Below, in pieces: positions 26,468-30,989 of a stretch of 30,989 bases of DNA (the stretch's first letter is position 1; each line of letters begins with the position of its first letter). The stretch lies in the NCBI GenBank assembly GCA_003230535.1, contig QIEW01000280.1:1-30989 (forward strand), in the 5' to 3' direction. The notes under the pieces were generated by a model. The model saw only the letters and a list, made by a program, of their open reading frames with translations. It searched no databases and was not told the DNA's origin. The stretch is from a bacterium. Lineage in GTDB: Bacteria > SZUA-182 > SZUA-191. The translations under genes were made by a program, and so were the position numbers.

Positions 26468-27673
26468 ATGAAGATAGGCATAGCATTATTCAACTTTAGC
26501 TTAGATTACATAGGTGGAGTGCGCACCTATGTGAATAATTTATTGATCAACTTGATTAGGGAGTTTCCTCATAATGAGTATTTCCTGTTTATTCAGCCTC
26601 GGACGAGGTCTTATTTTGAGCATCTGTTTGCGGCCAATAACCTGAATACAGCCAATGTAGTATATGTAACTTACGCTCTGGGCGGCTTTCTATCCCGGTT
26701 GACCCTGGCGGTAATAAAACGAATACCGAATGCAGGAAATCTGCTAACTATTGGCGGGCGGTGGTTAGCCAGACTCATAGATTCAAGAAAACTTGATGTA
26801 GTCCATTTTCCTTGTAGCATTATGTATCCTATGGGGGTTAAGACCCCTACCGTTTTAAGCCCTCACGACATTCAACAAGAGCATTTCCCTCAATTTTTTA
26901 CCCCCAAGGAGTTGGAATACCGGCGCCGGACATACAAACCTTCTTGTGAACAGGCTACCGCGATTGTAGTGGCCTCCCAATTTATTAAGGATGACTTAAT
27001 ACAGCATTATTCCCTTAACCCCGCTAAAATCCATGTAGTGACTTTGGCTGCTGACCCAAGTTATGCACAGCCAGTAACTGAGGAATGGGTTAGAAAAGTA
27101 AAAGAAAAGTATAGATTGCCAACTAGGTTTATTTTTTATCCAGCCATGATCTGGCCCCATAAGAATCACGTAAGGTTGATTAAAGCAATATCCTTGATCA
27201 AAAAAAATAGTCAGTGTGATATCCCTCTGATTTTAACCGGCTCAAAATATGGAGGATATAATGACTTAATAAAAATTATAGATCAAGAAAAACTTGAATC
27301 TCAGGTATTGTTTTTGGAAGAGGTCACCAGATCAGAATTAGCCGTTATATATAAAATATCGGATTTTGTGGTAGTGCCTACCTTATTTGAGGCCTCCAGT
27401 TTTGTAATCATGGAGGCTTTTGCAGCAAGAACCCCGGTTATAGCTTCTAATATTCCACCAGTAACCGAACTAGTGAATAATTCAGCCCTAATCTTCGATC
27501 CATACCACGTAGAGGATATTGCGGATAAGATTTTACAGATATGGAATAATGAGGAACTCAGAAATAATTTAAGACATAAGGCCAAAGAAATGTCCCAAAA
27601 AATTTCTTGGGGCTTAACCGCGCAGAAGACAAACAGAGTCTATGAATGGGCTGCTCAACAGAACATGAAATAA
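26468..27673 (+). CDS. GT4 glycosyltransferase (MtfB/WbpY-like)
   Basis: LSPHDIQQEHFPQFF, FYPAMIWPHKNH, PTLFEASSFVIMEA (E-x7-E motif). Confidence 0.92.
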   Translation: MKIGIALFNFSLDYIGGVRTYVNNLLINLIREFPHNEYFLFIQPRTRSYFEHLFAANNLNTANVVYVTYALGGFLSRLTLAVIKRIPNAGNLLTIGGRWLARLIDSRKLDVVHFPCSIMYPMGVKTPTVLSPHDIQQEHFPQFFTPKELEYRRRTYKPSCEQATAIVVASQFIKDDLIQHYSLNPAKIHVVTLAADPSYAQPVTEEWVRKVKEKYRLPTRFIFYPAMIWPHKNHVRLIKAISLIKKNSQCDIPLILTGSKYGGYNDLIKIIDQEKLESQVLFLEEVTRSELAVIYKISDFVVVPTLFEASSFVIMEAFAARTPVIASNIPPVTELVNNSALIFDPYHVEDIADKILQIWNNEELRNNLRHKAKEMSQKISWGLTAQKTNRVYEWAAQQNMK

Positions 27674-28340
27674 GTTTTCGCTCATCTCTAGAATAAGTTA
27701 GCAAAACCATAGGTTGCAGAAAAACAGGCTGGATTGGTAGCCTTCCGAAATTGGCATTGGTGACAAACAGCTAACTTCCTGGGCATTTCCGCTTTGAAGA
27801 TAATCTTTCTTCTTTGGTAGTGAGTAGCTTGATAACGAACGCCCCAAACACCAAAGAATTGGGAGCTTCCTGCAAAAGTCATTTTAAAAAAGCTAGCCAT
27901 ACTATATGTTGGGGCAGTGGCTCCAACGCTACCCATATGGGGCAGGCCAGGGCCACTGCCTTGGCACTTTTGCAAGAGGCTCATGGCACAAAGGTAATGA
28001 GCCATACTATTTTCCCTTTGTACTTTAGTTCGCCCTCAGCTGATTCCCAAAATCCTTCAATCTGAAGAAATATAACACCATCTTTGGCCCTCATGAAATC
28101 GCCAATTACTTATTAGCCGGATGAACCACAGAAAAATTGCATAGTATACAAAAATATGATAAACTTTATAATGAATCTTCGTTCTCTCTCTTCCGAAGAA
28201 GGGGAGCATAAGGCGATTTAAGAGTTGAAAAGAGATGGGTGGTTCCGCTTAAATAGAGCGTCACCTGACGCAGTATAGTCACATCAAATTGATGCGTAAT
28301 ATTCACCACCGCAATTGGTGGCTAAGGGAACCATCCATGA

Positions 28341-28880
28341 TCCGATCTATTCATAAATTTTGGTGAGTGGGTGAATTAGGGGAAAAGCAGGTGGTTTGAG
28401 ATGAGAAGGTTGGACAGGACGGGTGGTTTGGGGCGGAATTTTAGTTTGAGTCGGTACCCAGGGGGTGTATCGCTGACAGGCAGCTTGTTGGCGGCTAATT
28501 TATGCGCAAGGTATTGCAATCATTGGCATCCTTATAACCGAAAGCAATCTGATTAACGCGTTGAGTAACGATATCCTTTGTTTGGTGATCTACATACCGC
28601 AAGTCACGCTGAGTCGTGAATAGCGTAAGTGATCGTGGAAATGATATTCACTTGTTGCTCGGTTTCCCGTAGCAAGAGCGCCCCGGTATCCGAGGTCACT
28701 TGGCCACAGTCGGAGTCGGTTTTCACTTTTTTGCCGGAAACAGAACTGAAATGAAGCGATTGCTGAACAGTATTCATATTCACAGGCTAAACCTCCAAAG
28801 GCTGTTGTAGCGCTAAAACAGATAATTATTATATAACAATACGTTATGGGTGTCTAGCCCTGTTTTATGAATAATCCGGG
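28341..28880 (-). mobile_element. Internally deleted IS1380-family element (about 540 bp) retaining both ends
   Basis: Left end on the minus strand CCCGGATTATTCATAAAA (28880 down). Candidate right end CCGATCTATTCATAAA at 28342-28357 matches it at 13 of 16 positions in inverted orientation. A transposase remnant lies between them. Confidence 0.7.
28376..28783 (-). pseudogene. IS1380-family transposase remnant (frameshifted, most of gene deleted)
   Basis: GGAGG then GTG 28783: MNMNTVQQSLHFSSVSGKKVKTDSDCGQVTSDTGALLLRETEQQV...IHDS; after a frameshift RDLRYVDHQTKDIVTQRVNQIAFGYKDANDCNTLR; then KLAANKLPVSDTP. This matches the IS1380 N-terminal pattern. Confidence 0.85.
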
Positions 28881-28916
28881 TTATAAAATTATCAAGTAAT
28901 TTTTTCTGGCGGGGAG

Positions 28917-30989
28917 ATGAAAGATTTATTGTTAAAATGTAGTTACGGGATAAGGGAGATATTCCTTGATTTCCTTCGAAGCAAAGGAAACATACAGAAG
29001 TGTATTTCCTTTGCTTTTATTGTGGCTTTTTCTTTGTCTGCCAGCCCGGCTTGGTCTCGGGAGGATCTTTCTTTAGAGGGAGACCCAGGCAAGGGATTTG
29101 CAGCCGCTTCAATTCAAGGACCCACTGTTTCTGTGGACCCCGCTAATCTGAATAAACCTACGCTATTGTATTTCTACACTACGTGGAGCAAGGTATGTGA
29201 GGAGCGCACTGCCCAGGTCCAGGCTATCACTGCCGATATTGATGTGGTTTATATAAACATTTCCATGCGGGATACGCTGGCTAATGCCGGCAGTTACGCT
29301 GCCGCTAAGGGGTTGCCGACTGATAGGGTGATTTTTGATGCTGATGATGGCGATGATATTCCCGGTGGAGATATCCAGGATGATTATTATGTCTATGGGG
29401 TGCCGATTATCGTTATTATCGGCTGCAATAATGATTGCCAGGGAGAGATAATTTATCGATCGGGAAACTTGCCGCCTGACCTGTCAAGTTATGCTTGCGG
29501 CGGCTGTCCTTGCGGGCTATGCTACCAAACCAGGCCTAATCAGCCAATCGCTATATCACCTGACGGAGTCCCTAACGTCTCGCTCAGCCCAATGCTCCAA
29601 TCCTCAATATTCTCCGACCCGGATTCGCCGGTCGATCCGGAGGAGAGGCATATGGCTTCCCAATGGCAGATAGCCACAGATAACACCTTCCTGGCTTCAG
29701 TACTGGCCTATGATAGTGGAGAAATCTCCGGCACGACCAGCCATACCATAAACAGGATTCTTGCGAGCGGCGCTATCGGTACTACCTATTACTGGCGAGT
29801 ACGACATCAGGATTATTGGAGAGCCTGGTCCGACTGGTCACAGCCAAAATCATTTACTACCAGAGCACAGAGACCGCCTGACCAGCCAATCAATCAGTCT
29901 CCGGATGGCGATACCGACCTGTCACTTAGTCCTACGCTTATATCTTTTGGGTTTAGCGACCCGGACGGTGATAATCACTATGCTTCACATTGGCAGGTCA
30001 GCGCCGGCTCAGGAGCAGACTTTCAACCCTATGTCATTTATGATAGCGGCTTAACCACTTCCGACCTTACCAGCCACCCTGTAAATCTCCCTTCATCTAG
30101 CTTTGGCGCCCGACACTGGTGGCGTCTGAGACATCGGGATGATTGGAAAACGTGGTCTGCTTGGTCTGACGAGACTTGGTTTGAGACCAGGACAAATAAC
30201 GATCCCAACCAACCAACCGCTGATTCACCCCGGGGGAACAATGGCGGCGCTGGTTTTCCCCCGATGCCCACTCTCCAATCTTCAGCATTTGACGATCCCA
30301 ACACTCCGACTTACGGGGATACTCATGGCGCCTCCCAGTGGCAGATCAGTCTTGCAAATAGCGGGGTCACCACATTTGAGGGTAATATAGTATACAACAG
30401 CGGGCTGACCGACACCGATCTTATCAGCCATACTTTGTCCTTTGCTCTTACCGGGGCTACTAAGCATTATTGGCGCTTGCGGCACCAGGATAATTGGGGC
30501 TATTGGTCTGAGTACTCTGTAATAACCTCTTTTGTTACAGAAACAGATACCACCCCGCCTACTACTACCGCCAGCCCGCCGGGGGGAGCCTACGCATCAA
30601 CCCAGTCTGTAACCCTAACCGCAGATGAACAAGCGACCATCTACTATACAACTGACAGCAGCATACCCTCTACCTCTTGTTCTGGAAGCACAAGCTGCGG
30701 CGCCTCGCCGGTCTCCGGCATTACCCTCCCAGCAGCTTACAACACGGGGCTACTGAAGTTCTTTGCCATTGACGTCTCTCCCTCCCAGAACCGTGAAGCA
30801 GTAAAAACAGAAGCTTACATTATTGGCCCGGAGGCCTGTTGGAAATTTAACGAAGGAACTGGAAATACCGCAGCTGATAGTTCAGGAAATAATCATCACG
30901 GAGCGCTGGGGCCCGCCTGTCCTGACTGTCCTGCCTGGGCTACCGGTAAGTCCGGCAGCGCTTTGAGTTTTGATGGAATAAACGATTAT
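28917..30989 (+). CDS. Large secreted multidomain protein, 5' 691 codons (runs off the right edge)
   Basis: Hand translation is open from ATG 28917 (GGGGAG SD) to the window end. Signal-peptide-like FAFIVAFSLSASPAWS; TlpA/thioredoxin-like domain (KPTLLYFYTTWSKVC...YYVYGVPIIVII); three FN3-like repeats from about 29532, 29871 and 30201 (P.QP...SP...SDP...ASQWQ...WR.RH.D.W..WS); DTTPPTTTASPPGG...IYYTTD (CHB_HEX_C-like, about 30546); CWKFNEGTG...DSSGN...GSALSFDG.NDY (LamG, about 30834). Confidence 0.9.
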   Translation, partial: MKDLLLKCSYGIREIFLDFLRSKGNIQKCISFAFIVAFSLSASPAWSREDLSLEGDPGKGFAAASIQGPTVSVDPANLNKPTLLYFYTTWSKVCEERTAQVQAITADIDVVYINISMRDTLANAGSYAAAKGLPTDRVIFDADDGDDIPGGDIQDDYYVYGVPIIVIIGCNNDCQGEIIYRSGNLPPDLSSYACGGCPCGLCYQTRPNQPIAISPDGVPNVSLSPMLQSSIFSDPDSPVDPEERHMASQWQIATDNTFLASVLAYDSGEISGTTSHTINRILASGAIGTTYYWRVRHQDYWRAWSDWSQPKSFTTRAQRPPDQPINQSPDGDTDLSLSPTLISFGFSDPDGDNHYASHWQVSAGSGADFQPYVIYDSGLTTSDLTSHPVNLPSSSFGARHWWRLRHRDDWKTWSAWSDETWFETRTNNDPNQPTADSPRGNNGGAGFPPMPTLQSSAFDDPNTPTYGDTHGASQWQISLANSGVTTFEGNIVYNSGLTDTDLISHTLSFALTGATKHYWRLRHQDNWGYWSEYSVITSFVTETDTTPPTTTASPPGGAYASTQSVTLTADEQATIYYTTDSSIPSTSCSGSTSCGASPVSGITLPAAYNTGLLKFFAIDVSPSQNREAVKTEAYIIGPEACWKFNEGTGNTAADSSGNNHHGALGPACPDCPAWATGKSGSALSFDGINDY

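Noticed and set aside
905-27673. Wzx/Wzy-dependent assembly or an RfaH ops element
   Set aside because: No multi-TM flippase or polymerase and no ops motif were recognised. The evidence supports ABC-dependent export.
27882-27983. TGA-as-Trp recoding suggested by two TGA codons in the decayed frame
   Set aside because: Cluster genes end at TGA in ATGA overlaps and use TGG for Trp, so the standard code applies.
28222-28277. ELKRDGWFRL resembling a HicA toxin N-terminus
   Set aside because: It is too short, lacks a start and the GSH motif, and is followed quickly by a stop.
29184-29198. Selenocysteine in the thioredoxin motif
   Set aside because: The codon is AGC (Ser), and there is no in-frame TGA.
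583-30485. The many short or antisense ORFs in the track (e.g. 1452-2096, 8320-8781, 16098-16562, 23459-23896, 29491-30485)
   Set aside because: They are shadows of well-supported genes on the other strand or frame and have no recognisable motifs.

Overview
A 31 kb bacterial surface-polysaccharide locus, probably from an anaerobe (inferred from three cobalamin-dependent radical SAM genes). At the left edge a truncated gmd gene runs on the minus strand from a divergent promoter region. A GbsR/MarR-type regulator with a likely operator palindrome then leads about 26.8 kb of co-oriented plus-strand genes (905-27673). These include an ABC exporter (wzm/wzt) split by a repeat-flanked GxxExxY gene, two intact SAM methyltransferases plus a remnant of a third, three DegT-type aminotransferase domains, a ColD-type PLP dehydratase with a ColC/Fcl reductase, a LegB-like dehydratase, a nucleotidyltransferase-aminotransferase fusion, three B12-binding radical SAM enzymes, eight glycosyltransferases, and formyl, hexapeptide-repeat and GNAT acyltransferases. 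After the cluster come an unexplained degenerate stretch, an internally deleted IS1380-family remnant, and the first 691 codons of a large secreted protein (thioredoxin-like, 3 FN3-like repeats, CHB_HEX_C-like, LamG). The ORF track missed both edge genes. No rRNA, tRNA or CRISPR array was seen. All family calls come from motif recognition by eye; no database search was run.
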